Positions 19,114-26,944 are shown, counted from the first letter of the stretch. The stretch: DNA of 32,000 nucleotides from Planctopirus limnophila DSM 3776 (GCF_000092105.1 NC_014148.1:2250001-2282000), one strand, 5' to 3'. Program-made: numbers and translations. Notes: generated by a model not told the origin, from the sequence alone.

Positions 19114-20037
19114 CTAGAGCACCTTTTCGATGGTCTCTCGCAGAACGCGGCCGCTCGATTGCAGAGCAATCTTTTCCTTAGGCCAGAGATCCACTTCAAC
19201 GACCCCCAGAACACCTTTGCGTCCCACAATCGTTGGAACGGAAATCGCCACATCACGCAGACCGTAAGCCCCGTTTTGTAACGACGACACGGGCATCACA
19301 CGACGCTGATCAAGTGCAATACTGTGAATCACATCGGCAATCGATACACCGACTGCAAAGCCGGCGCCGCCTTTTTTCTTCAGCATTTCCGCACCGCTGT
19401 TGCGTGCCCGCTTCTCAATCTCGGTGATGAGTTGCGGCGTAACGCCTGGGTACTTGTCGACGGGCAGGCCGCCAATCTGGCCCAGTGACCAGATCGGCAC
19501 CATGCTATCGCCATGCTCACCATAAATGGTGACATCGACTTGAGTTGGCGGGACGGAAAGCTGCTGTGCCAGCAAGCTGCGCAGGCGTGTCGTATCGAGT
19601 ACGGTTCCTAATCCGATGACTTGCTTCGGTGGCAAACCCAGTTCTCGAATGGCCAGGTAAGTCAGTACGTCGACGGGGTTGGAGACCACAAACAGAATGG
19701 CGTCTGACTTCGGGCCCGCTTTCTTGATATCTCCCAGAATTCCGCGGAAAAGTGCCACGTTCCGGTTGATCAGATCCAGGCGGCTCTCATCGGGCTTACG
19801 CCGCAGGCCGGCGGTGACGACGATGACATCGCTATTGGCACAATCAGCCATTGTACCCGCATGAATCGACTGATCAGCCACCAGGCTGGCACCATGCAGA
19901 ATATCCAGTGCATGACCATCGGCGGCTTCAGGGTTCACGTCGATCATGACGATCTCGCGAACGATCTTTCCGAGTTGCAGTGCAAACCCGGCACATGACC
20001 CGACCAGCCCGCCGCCACCGATGATGCTGACTTTCAT
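19114..20037 (-). CDS. LDH/MDH-family NAD-dependent 2-hydroxyacid dehydrogenase (Arg at the LDH/MDH discriminator position)
   Basis: The start is placed at MKVSIIGGGGLVGS (Rossmann GxGxxG); the track ORF extends to 20115. The substrate loop is TAGLRRKPDESRLDL and the catalytic His is in YGEHGDS. It lies 93 nt downstream of the aldolase on the same strand. Confidence 0.85.
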   Translation of the reverse strand: MKVSIIGGGGLVGSCAGFALQLGKIVREIVMIDVNPEAADGHALDILHGASLVADQSIHAGTMADCANSDVIVVTAGLRRKPDESRLDLINRNVALFRGILGDIKKAGPKSDAILFVVSNPVDVLTYLAIRELGLPPKQVIGLGTVLDTTRLRSLLAQQLSVPPTQVDVTIYGEHGDSMVPIWSLGQIGGLPVDKYPGVTPQLITEIEKRARNSGAEMLKKKGGAGFAVGVSIADVIHSIALDQRRVMPVSSLQNGAYGLRDVAISVPTIVGRKGVLGVVEVDLWPKEKIALQSSGRVLRETIEKVL

Positions 20038-20130
20038 GGAACTGACTTTCGCTGAGAAACGATGCATTGAAGACCACGCCCTTCGGAAGACCTCAGGGAC
20101 GTGCCACGCGATCAAACGGTAACAAAAAGA

Positions 20131-21051
20131 CTACTTTTTGAGGGCGGCCATGACCTGCTCGGTGATCATCTTCACCAGCATTTCGGTATCGACGGGTGCT
20201 GCTGCAGCTGATGGAGCTGCGGCTGGTGCAGGAGTTGACTTCTGTCGTTCGAGATAGCCTGGATAATACGGGGCTGGCTCGAAAGCGGCGGGTTGTGGCT
20301 GAGCGTCTTTGTAGCCTTCGCGGAACGCACTGTTGCCGCAAAGATCGCAATTCTCGACATGGAAGCGGGGATCATCAAAGCCGAGCTTCTTCTTGAGATC
20401 GAGAAGCTCAACCGACTCTCGCTCGTTGAGATACTCGACACGGCCCAATTGCTTGGAAAGCAGCAGAATCCGGCAGTAAGCATCGAGGATCTCGGTCTTC
20501 CAGTAAGCTTCTTCGAGGTTCGCACCGAAGCTGACTGTGCCGTGATTGGTCAGAATGATTGTGTTGGTACCCTTGAGGAAGGGCACCACTGTGTTGGCAA
20601 AGGCATGCCCACCGGGAGTTTCATAAGGGGCGATGGGGACTTCACCCATGAAGACTTCGATTTCTGGCAGAATGCACTGCGGGATGGGTTCGCGAGCTAC
20701 TGCAAAGGCTGTGGCATGTGGTGGATGGCAGTGCACAACAGCCTTCACATCGGGACGATGCTTCATGATGGCCAGGTGGAGCAGAATCTCGCTGGTGCGT
20801 TTTCGCTTACCGGCAATCTGGCCGCCTTCAAGGTCAACCGCGCAGATATCATCGGGAGTCATGAACCCCTTACAGATCATCGTGGGGGAACATAGCACTT
20901 CGTTTTCGCCGACTCGGATCGAAATGTTCCCATCGTTGGCGGCGGCAAAGCCTTTGTTGTACACCCGGCGACCAATTTCGCAGATGAGCTCTTTGAGCTT
21001 GCGGTCGTTGATGCCCGAATTCCATTTGTTGGCAGTGGTCATGAGAAACAT
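20131..21051 (-). CDS. Class II (fuculose/rhamnulose-1-phosphate-type) aldolase with about 90-aa C-terminal extension ending in an encapsulation-peptide-like helix
   Basis: The aldolase core has GNISIRV and the zinc-ligand block VVHCHPPHATAF, plus TNHGTVSFG. It is followed by a Pro/Ala linker (STPAPAAAPSAAAAPV) and a terminal amphipathic helix DTEMLVKMITEQVMAALKK. Confidence 0.9.
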   Translation of the reverse strand: MFLMTTANKWNSGINDRKLKELICEIGRRVYNKGFAAANDGNISIRVGENEVLCSPTMICKGFMTPDDICAVDLEGGQIAGKRKRTSEILLHLAIMKHRPDVKAVVHCHPPHATAFAVAREPIPQCILPEIEVFMGEVPIAPYETPGGHAFANTVVPFLKGTNTIILTNHGTVSFGANLEEAYWKTEILDAYCRILLLSKQLGRVEYLNERESVELLDLKKKLGFDDPRFHVENCDLCGNSAFREGYKDAQPQPAAFEPAPYYPGYLERQKSTPAPAAAPSAAAAPVDTEMLVKMITEQVMAALKK

Positions 21052-21066
21052 CCGTTGAAAATGATC

Positions 21067-21094
21067 GTTGTGGGTTGTGAGTTGTAAGTTGTGA
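21067..21094 (-). repeat. 4 x 7-nt tandem repeat (plus strand GTTGTRR; mRNA sense YYACAAC) in the aldolase leader
   Basis: Plus strand reads gttgtgg gttgtga gttgtaa gttgtga with exact 7-nt periodicity. It sits in the 49-nt spacer between the BMC-P stop (21101) and the aldolase start (21051). Confidence 0.8.
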
Positions 21095-21100
21095 AGAAAA

Positions 21101-21412
21101 CTATGTTTGTGTCAGCTCAATCTTGTCGAGGAGGCAGGCGTTGTAAGCATCGAGTGGTTTGGAATCGGGATGAAAGGGAGCTGAAGCTTCTGCTCCTTCA
21201 CTGATGGCAATGATGTCCCCCGGGCTTGCTCCCAGTTCGTCGTAAACAATGATGGCCTCTTCTCGTCCGCGAACAGTCATCGTCGTGTCGCGATGAATCA
21301 CAGCAGCAAGGCCCTCAGCCAATAGTGGAACTGCCACAATCCAGGTGCCACCCAGCACTGTGGGATCGCATTTTGACAAAGTGACCCGGCCAATCACTTC
21401 GGCTAATCTCAT
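21101..21412 (-). CDS. BMC-P (EutN/CcmL family) pentameric vertex protein, paralogue 3
   Basis: 103-aa ORF MRLAEVIGRVTLSKCDPTVLGGTWIVAVPL..., with a typical EutN/CcmL N-terminus and length. Its start overlaps the upstream ORF stop as ATGA (21409-21412). Confidence 0.85.
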   Translation of the reverse strand: MRLAEVIGRVTLSKCDPTVLGGTWIVAVPLLAEGLAAVIHRDTTMTVRGREEAIIVYDELGASPGDIIAISEGAEASAPFHPDSKPLDAYNACLLDKIELTQT

Positions 21413-22269
21413 GGTGCCACTCCTGTTCCTGAGGGGATCCCAGTACGGACAATGGCTTGCACCAGATTTCGCAGCTCAATGAATGTTTTGAGTGTCGGGT
21501 CAATGACATAAACATTGGGGCTGAAGTCGCTGCTCGTGAGCAACACCTCGGCGAGGGATGATACGACAGCAGCACGTATCGCTGGCGACCGGTTCAGATC
21601 GCAGGCCCGCTTGGCTGCTGAGCGTTCAATCAGAATGGCCCCATGAGCTTCGGCTTTATGGATCGCTCCGGAGACGAACTCCTGGGTTTCAGTTCCTGTG
21701 CCAAGAATCTTGACTTGCGATACTGTCGCGGCTGTCTGGGTACTATTCAAAAAGGTCTTCACATTCGCTGTGGCAGAGACCACACCGAGGACCCACTTCG
21801 CAGCCATTGAGGATGGATTTGAAGCTTTGTTAGAGGAGGCATTGCCTGCGGCTTTCGGCAGCAATGTGGAATTGGCAGGGGAAAGACCACGTTCAAGAAC
21901 CACATGATGATCGCGGAGCCAATCCTTTGCGGCTGGCGTCACGATCGACTTTGCGGAGGCAAAAACTCTAGCAGCACCACAAGCGAGCCTGGAGAGTAGC
22001 TCGGCTGTAATCACCGCTTCCGTGAGTGTCACACTGGAGCCAAGTGAGCTGGCAACGGCTGGAGCCGTCACTAATGGTTTCGAGACGGAAGTTGCTGGGA
22101 AGGCGTGATTGAGGCTGGCCACCGTTTCTGGCGGCAAATGAATCCTGCTGACGGAAGCCACAGGCTGATCGATCGAAGCTGTTGATTCAGGACGTACGGC
22201 GCTAACAGCTCGGCTGTGAAGCTGAGCCAGCACGTTCCGGACGATCTGATCGACAAGTTCGGTGGACAT
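21409..22269 (-). CDS. Unknown-function protein with encapsulation-peptide-like N-terminus (candidate BMC cargo/assembly factor)
   Basis: 286-aa ORF. The N-terminus MSTELVDQIVRNVLAQLHS matches the amphipathic motif on the aldehyde dehydrogenase and PduL. It is followed by a Ser/Ala/Pro/Val-rich region and a roughly 140-aa alpha/beta-looking C-terminal domain. It is translationally coupled to the downstream BMC-P. Confidence 0.65.
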   Translation of the reverse strand: MSTELVDQIVRNVLAQLHSRAVSAVRPESTASIDQPVASVSRIHLPPETVASLNHAFPATSVSKPLVTAPAVASSLGSSVTLTEAVITAELLSRLACGAARVFASAKSIVTPAAKDWLRDHHVVLERGLSPANSTLLPKAAGNASSNKASNPSSMAAKWVLGVVSATANVKTFLNSTQTAATVSQVKILGTGTETQEFVSGAIHKAEAHGAILIERSAAKRACDLNRSPAIRAAVVSSLAEVLLTSSDFSPNVYVIDPTLKTFIELRNLVQAIVRTGIPSGTGVAP

Positions 22270-22313
22270 GGGGACTTTGCTGGTCGTTTATAAAAAAGTT
22301 GATTGTCAGCTGA

Positions 22314-22338
22314 ATTGGCAGGCAGGAGCCTGCCCTAC
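22314..22338 (-). repeat. 25-nt hairpin element, copy 1 (attggcaggcaggagcctgccctac)
   Basis: 7-bp GC-rich stem ggcaggc/gcctgcc with a 4-nt loop. On the mRNA strand it lies 15 nt downstream of the BMC-P stop codon (22354). It matches 22651-22675 at 24 of 25 positions. Confidence 0.85.
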
Positions 22339-22353
22339 AAATCCGTTTTGAAC

Positions 22354-22611
22354 TCAAGGATCGACGAGGCCGAGTGACATAAAGCGAATCGGGCTGTCCT
22401 CCGCCTTCACAGTCTCTCGAACAGTCTTTCCATCGGAAGTGATGACCACCAGATCGCCCTGGGCAGCTCCCAGACCATCAATGATCAGTTGGGGGGCACC
22501 ATCGGGTTTGTCGTTGACACCCAAAGGCTGGGCAATCAGCAGTTTCCATCCCTGAAGACTGGGATGCTTGACCGTGGAAGTTGCTCGTCCAATGATTTTT
22601 GCCACTTGCAT
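22354..22611 (-). CDS. BMC-P (EutN/CcmL family) pentameric vertex protein, paralogue 2
   Basis: 85-aa ORF MQVAKIIGRATSTVKHPSLQGWKLLIAQPL...GDLVVITSDG, the canonical EutN/CcmL pattern. Confidence 0.85.
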   Translation of the reverse strand: MQVAKIIGRATSTVKHPSLQGWKLLIAQPLGVNDKPDGAPQLIIDGLGAAQGDLVVITSDGKTVRETVKAEDSPIRFMSLGLVDP

Positions 22612-22650
22612 CCCCGTCTCCTTTCTATGTGTTTCTAAGTGATCGAGCTT

Positions 22651-22675
22651 GATTGGCAGGCGGGAGCCTGCCCTA
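22651..22675 (-). repeat. 25-nt hairpin element, copy 2 (attggcaggcgggagcctgccctac)
   Basis: Same stem as copy 1, with one substitution in the loop. On the mRNA strand it lies 17 nt downstream of the aldehyde dehydrogenase stop codon (22693). Confidence 0.85.
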
Positions 22676-22692
22676 CGGTAAAACCTTACGAA

Positions 22693-24114
22693 TCAGATGA
22701 CGCGGAGACTGTCGACCAGCACACAGCGGCGGCTGCGTGTGAAAGTGAGTGGGTTGGTCACCCCTTCACCTGTCGGCGTCGCAATGCTGAAGCTGAGATA
22801 GCCTTCGCCACCTAGCCCAAGACCAGCCATCGAGGGGCCATTCTTGATGAAGAGCGTCGTATCGACAGCTTTTCCCATTTTGGTCATCGTCTGCACATTG
22901 CGCGAGTGAATCAGACTGGTGTGCCGGAAACCATGTTCGTATTCGAGAGCCAGTTCAATCGCCTGATTGACATTCTTGGCCCGGACAAAGGGGACGAAGG
23001 GCATCATCTGTTCTTCGGGGACGAACGGGTTGTTGACGTCGGTTTCGCCAAAGAGAAGCTGTGTTCCTGCGGGAACTCTCACACCGATGAGTTCCGCGAG
23101 CTTCGTAGCATCAGAACCAACGAGGTCGCGATTGAGGTGCCAGTGGTCGCCCGGCTTTGTAGGAGGTGTGAAGGCAAGTTTGGTGAGAGCATCGACTTCA
23201 CGGGCCGAGAGTTGATAACCACCTTGCTGCCCCATCCGCACCATGAGCGTGTCAAAGATCGACTCGACTGCGAAGACTTCCTTCTCGCCAATGCAGAGGA
23301 GGTTGTTGTCGTAAGCAGCTCCCTTGACGATCGACTTCGCGGCATTTTCGAGGCAGGCCGTCTCATCAACGACAACAGGCGGATTGCCGGGACCCGCGAC
23401 GACTGCCTTCTTGCGGCTTTCGAGAGCAGCACGAGCCACTGCAGGGCCACCCGTAACGCACAACAGCTTGACACCACGATGTGCAAAGATGGCGGCGGCG
23501 GTTTCCAGCGTGGGTTGTTCGATGATGGTGATCAGATTCTCAAGACCTGTGGCTTTATGAATCGCCTTGTTAAAGCGACGAACACCTTCGCAAGCAATCC
23601 GAGCACCACTGGGGTGTGGGTTGACAATCAGCGTATTGCCGCTGGCCACCATGTTGATGACATTGCCAGCCAATGTCGGTAGAGAGTGCGTGACCGGGGT
23701 GATGGCACCAATGACACCAAAGGGAGCGTATTCCACAATGGTCAGGCCATGATCGCCGCTGAAGGCATCGGTTCGCATGAACTCGGTGCCAGGCACCAGC
23801 TTGATGATCTTCAGCTTTTCGATCTTGTGATCGAGGCGGCCAATTTTCGTCTCGTTGAATTCCAGTGTGCCAAGTTCTTCGGCCTGGGAATCGCAGATCT
23901 GGCGAACACATTCAATCGCTTTGCGGCGGGCGTCCATCCCGGCATCCGAAAGCTTTTCAAACGCTTCGTTAGCGGCAGCAACGGCCTGATCGACATCTTT
24001 GAAGACACCCCAGTCTCCATCACGAGTGGCTGCTGATTTCTCGGCGCCACCCTTGTTGAGCTGAGCGAGAACTTCCTGCACCACCTGACGGATGGCTTGT
24101 TCTGTCGCTTGCAT
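22693..24114 (-). CDS. CoA-acylating aldehyde dehydrogenase (PduP/EutE-like) with N-terminal encapsulation peptide
   Basis: 473-aa ORF. The catalytic Cys context [15 protein letters not shown] is as in PduP/EutE. The N-terminal amphipathic helix [21 protein letters not shown] is followed by a linker. Confidence 0.9.
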   Translation of the reverse strand: MQATEQAIRQVVQEVLAQLNKGGAEKSAATRDGDWGVFKDVDQAVAAANEAFEKLSDAGMDARRKAIECVRQICDSQAEELGTLEFNETKIGRLDHKIEKLKIIKLVPGTEFMRTDAFSGDHGLTIVEYAPFGVIGAITPVTHSLPTLAGNVINMVASGNTLIVNPHPSGARIACEGVRRFNKAIHKATGLENLITIIEQPTLETAAAIFAHRGVKLLCVTGGPAVARAALESRKKAVVAGPGNPPVVVDETACLENAAKSIVKGAAYDNNLLCIGEKEVFAVESIFDTLMVRMGQQGGYQLSAREVDALTKLAFTPPTKPGDHWHLNRDLVGSDATKLAELIGVRVPAGTQLLFGETDVNNPFVPEEQMMPFVPFVRAKNVNQAIELALEYEHGFRHTSLIHSRNVQTMTKMGKAVDTTLFIKNGPSMAGLGLGGEGYLSFSIATPTGEGVTNPLTFTRSRRCVLVDSLRVI

Positions 24115-24249
24115 CGATTCGGTCTTTCCTATCTGGCTTGGATCTTCTCAGCGAATGAGAGCAAAAGTCTTATCGCTGCGGATGATTCATGGATTTGTGT
24201 TTGAAACCTGGTGAACCATGAGGAGGTTCCATTCTGGAGTTGTTATGGC

Positions 24250-24765
24250 TTACTCAGTGGAAATCCCTCGATAGGCCATCGACTCCTGACAGATTTTTCG
24301 AAACTGCTGGACTTTGGATTGTGTGGGAAAATGAATCATCATCGTGAAGACAGTGAGTGCGGCTACGATGGGACTGATGATCGAGCCTGCCATCAGCCAG
24401 GCCACAAGATTCAACATGCCTGCACCTTCAACGACGGCAAGACGAACAATGCCTGAGGTGAGGAAATTCTGAGCCATCCAGGGCTCATCGATCGTTTCCG
24501 CCTTGTTCAAAGCCCCTTTAAGAATCTGCGCCGGGAGCACAAACGAAAGCACAATCGCACTACAACCCATGATGGCTGCAATCAGAGTCAATGGATTGCC
24601 GAACAGGTCTCCATCAAACTTCAACTCACGAATGATGGTAATTACTACGGCAAAGACCACCGGCCCCATGATGAGTGCCAGCGTAATGATCTGCAGATTT
24701 CTCAAGGCTGCGTCGAGTGTCGTTACCTGTGTCGCCTCAGATTTTGCGGACAAAGATTTGTTCAT
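24250..24765 (-). CDS. Integral membrane protein, 4 predicted TM helices, unknown function
   Basis: 171-aa ORF with four hydrophobic stretches (IITLALIMGPVVFAVVITII; LTLIAAIMGCSAIVLSFVL; IVRLAVVEGAGMLNLVAWLMAG; IISPIVAALTVFTMMIHF). Its start overlaps the stop of the upstream BMC-P as ATGA (24762-24765). Confidence 0.6.
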   Translation of the reverse strand: MNKSLSAKSEATQVTTLDAALRNLQIITLALIMGPVVFAVVITIIRELKFDGDLFGNPLTLIAAIMGCSAIVLSFVLPAQILKGALNKAETIDEPWMAQNFLTSGIVRLAVVEGAGMLNLVAWLMAGSIISPIVAALTVFTMMIHFPTQSKVQQFRKICQESMAYRGISTE

Positions 24766-25124
24766 GACCTGGACTCCTCAGTGGCTGAGGATTGATCGGC
24801 AAGTCTGGTGCTAAAAACGATCTTCCCTTGAATCTGGACGACATCGATCAAACCGATGATCGCGCAGTCAATGGGAAGAGGTTTGGTTGAAGGAGTGAAG
24901 CGTGCTGATGAACCCTGTACGATCAACACGACCTGACCTTCGCCAGCACCGACGGTATCGACCGAGATGAACGTGCGACCTGTGGAGACAAGTTGGGATT
25001 CAGCCCTGCCATCGACCATCTGTTCCTGGATGCGCAGCGGCTCGACCACCAGCAGCTTCTGGCCGACCATGGAGTCGACCTTCTGCGTGGAGACCAGACT
25101 TCCGGTGACGCGTGCGAGGAACAT
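24762..25124 (-). CDS. BMC-P (EutN/CcmL family) pentameric vertex protein, paralogue 1, with C-terminal tail
   Basis: 120-aa ORF MFLARVTGSLVSTQKVDSMVGQKLLVVEPL...GEGQVVLIVQGSSAR. It carries an extra polar tail, STRLADQSSATEESRS. Confidence 0.85.
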   Translation of the reverse strand: MFLARVTGSLVSTQKVDSMVGQKLLVVEPLRIQEQMVDGRAESQLVSTGRTFISVDTVGAGEGQVVLIVQGSSARFTPSTKPLPIDCAIIGLIDVVQIQGKIVFSTRLADQSSATEESRS

Positions 25125-25176
25125 GGTGGATTCAACTTAAAGAGAACGAGGAGCGACTGCCCATGGAGTACATGGA

Positions 25177-26364
25177 CTAGGACTTTGAAAGAAGTTCGGC
25201 TGTCTGTCGGGCGACGACCAATTCTTCATTGGTCGGGATGACCCAGAGTTCAATCTTGCTTGTCGGAGTCGAGAACTTGCCTTCAGTGCGAAGCTTCTCG
25301 TTGATCGCCAAATCGATTTCGATCCCTGCGAAATCCATCTGAGAACAGACGTCTTTGCGAATTCGGCTACTGTTCTCGCCAATTCCACCGGTGAAAACGA
25401 TGGCATCAGCACCATTCAGGACAGTCAGATAAGCCCCGATGTACTGACGGATCGACTGGGTGAAAACTTTGAGTGCCAGTTCAGCTCTTTCGTGGCCATT
25501 AGCGGCGGCCTGTTCAAGGTCGCGCACATCGCCCGAGAGACCACTGAGTCCTAACAGTCCACTTTTATTCGCAAGAATGTCGAGGATTTCAGGCAACGTC
25601 TTGCCGGTTTCTTGAATCAGCACAGGGAGGGCAAAGGGATCAAAATCGCCCACCCGGTTGTTGTGAGGCAATCCGGTCTGCGGGCTCATTCCCAATGTAT
25701 TGCCTTGCGACTTCCCATCACGAATGGCACACAGCGAATTGCTTCCGCCCAAATGGCAGGAGATGACCTTCAAATCCGATCGGCCTTTGAGTTCAGCAAT
25801 TCGCTGACTGATAAACCGATGGCTGGCACCGTGAAACCCCCAACGCTGAATACCATATTGCGTCTGCCATTCATGAGGCACCGCATAGGCCCGTAATTCG
25901 GGTGGAGCGGTCTCATGGAAAGCCGTTTCGAGAGCAGCAACCTGAGGCAAATTGGGGAACGCCCCCTGCAGCTGTCGCATGGCTTTGGCATAGGGAGGGT
26001 TATGAGCCGGTGCAATCGCTGCATACCGCTCTAACCCGGCGAGCAAAGCATCATCGACGTGTCGAACACCAGAAAGTGCGCCCGCCATCACTGCTTTGAA
26101 GCCGATACCATCCAGTTCAGATGCATCCTTGAGGCAACCTGTTTCAGGAGCTGTGAGTTGCTCGAGACAGAATTTGACTGCCACCGCATGATCCGGAACG
26201 TGTGCTGTCACTTCGTCTTTGAATGAGCCAATTTCAACAGTACACCGACTTTCCGGCCCGCCAATACGATCAATGCCACCACGCGCCAACTGCCGTTCGG
26301 TGGTGAGATCGAATAAACGGTATTTGAAGCTCGTGGAGCCGAGATTGGCGACCAAAATCTTCAT
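25177..26364 (-). CDS. ackA: Acetate/propionate-family kinase (acyl-phosphate to acid + ATP)
   Basis: The start is placed at [18 protein letters not shown] (ASKHA N-terminal motif); the track ORF extends to 26412. Other motifs are [18 protein letters not shown] and [11 protein letters not shown]. No encapsulation-peptide-like extension at either end. Confidence 0.93.
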   Translation of the reverse strand: MKILVANLGSTSFKYRLFDLTTERQLARGGIDRIGGPESRCTVEIGSFKDEVTAHVPDHAVAVKFCLEQLTAPETGCLKDASELDGIGFKAVMAGALSGVRHVDDALLAGLERYAAIAPAHNPPYAKAMRQLQGAFPNLPQVAALETAFHETAPPELRAYAVPHEWQTQYGIQRWGFHGASHRFISQRIAELKGRSDLKVISCHLGGSNSLCAIRDGKSQGNTLGMSPQTGLPHNNRVGDFDPFALPVLIQETGKTLPEILDILANKSGLLGLSGLSGDVRDLEQAAANGHERAELALKVFTQSIRQYIGAYLTVLNGADAIVFTGGIGENSSRIRKDVCSQMDFAGIEIDLAINEKLRTEGKFSTPTSKIELWVIPTNEELVVARQTAELLSKS

Positions 26365-26445
26365 CGGGAAATCCTCGTGTTGAAATCCGCGGCTGCCTTC
26401 AATCTGTGGCAATTTTCGGGTGTGTGGAGGTCATTCGTTCGGAAT

Positions 26446-26468
26446 CACTGCTGGACAAGCCAGCAGTG
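26446..26468 (-). promoter_or_regulatory. Intercistronic stem-loop 3' of the shell-gene pair
   Basis: 9-bp perfect stem cactgctgg/ccagcagtg with a 5-nt loop. On the mRNA strand it lies 36 nt downstream of the second BMC-H stop (26504) and 82 nt upstream of the acetate kinase start. No U-tract follows it. Confidence 0.6.
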
Positions 26469-26503
26469 GCACCCAGAGGGAGACGATCCCACCCAAGACA
26501 ACC

Positions 26504-26944
26504 CTAGATGAACTGTTCGAGGAGCGACTTTTCCGGGCGGGCAATGACATGCGCGCTCACCACTTCACCGATTGCGGCAGCGGCTTGTTGACCGGCATCG
26601 ACCGCAGCTCGAACGGAGCCCACATCGCCACGAACAATCGTGGTGATATAAGCGTTGCCGATCTGAATCTGCTTGACGAGTGTGACGTTGGCGGCCTTCA
26701 GCATGGCATCGGCTGCTTCGATCTGGGCGACAAGCCCTTTGGTCTCAACGAGACCGATTGCTTCACCATTCATGAGAGAAGTTCCAGAGACAGGAGACGG
26801 AAGTTGTTCAACAGAATTCGCAACAGGAGTGATCACTGAACTAGCAGCAGCTTTCTCCCGAGGACGCTTCTCCGCAGACGAGCGTGATTTTTCAACCGGT
26901 CGTTTGCTGGACGTCTTGGGCATGACCACCTCATTCACTGACAC
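26504..26944 (-). CDS. BMC-H (Pfam00936) hexameric shell protein, possibly with a 57-aa basic N-terminal extension
   Basis: The C-terminal 89 aa ([30 protein letters not shown]...[13 protein letters not shown]) form a canonical BMC domain. The ORF stays open for a further 57 codons upstream ([36 protein letters not shown]...). The alternative start is the ATG at 26773. Confidence 0.85.
   Translation of the reverse strand: MSVNEVVMPKTSSKRPVEKSRSSAEKRPREKAAASSVITPVANSVEQLPSPVSGTSLMNGEAIGLVETKGLVAQIEAADAMLKAANVTLVKQIQIGNAYITTIVRGDVGSVRAAVDAGQQAAAAIGEVVSAHVIARPEKSLLEQFI

Noticed and set aside
18853-19281. ORF 18853-19281(+) in the convergent gap between the kinase and the LDH/MDH-like gene.
   Set aside because: It overlaps the 3' end of the LDH/MDH-family gene by about 170 nt, and its translation is Arg/Ala-rich with no motif. 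It is probably spurious.
26365-26412. 5'-extended starts offered by the ORF track: ackA to 26412, the LDH/MDH gene to 20115, DUF1501 to 9337, the 30149 ORF to 31594, and the FHA gene from 5760.
   Set aside because: In each case an internal Met begins exactly at the conserved N-terminal family motif or signal peptide ([35 protein letters not shown]..., MQASLQ). The extensions are compositionally odd or overlap the neighbouring gene.
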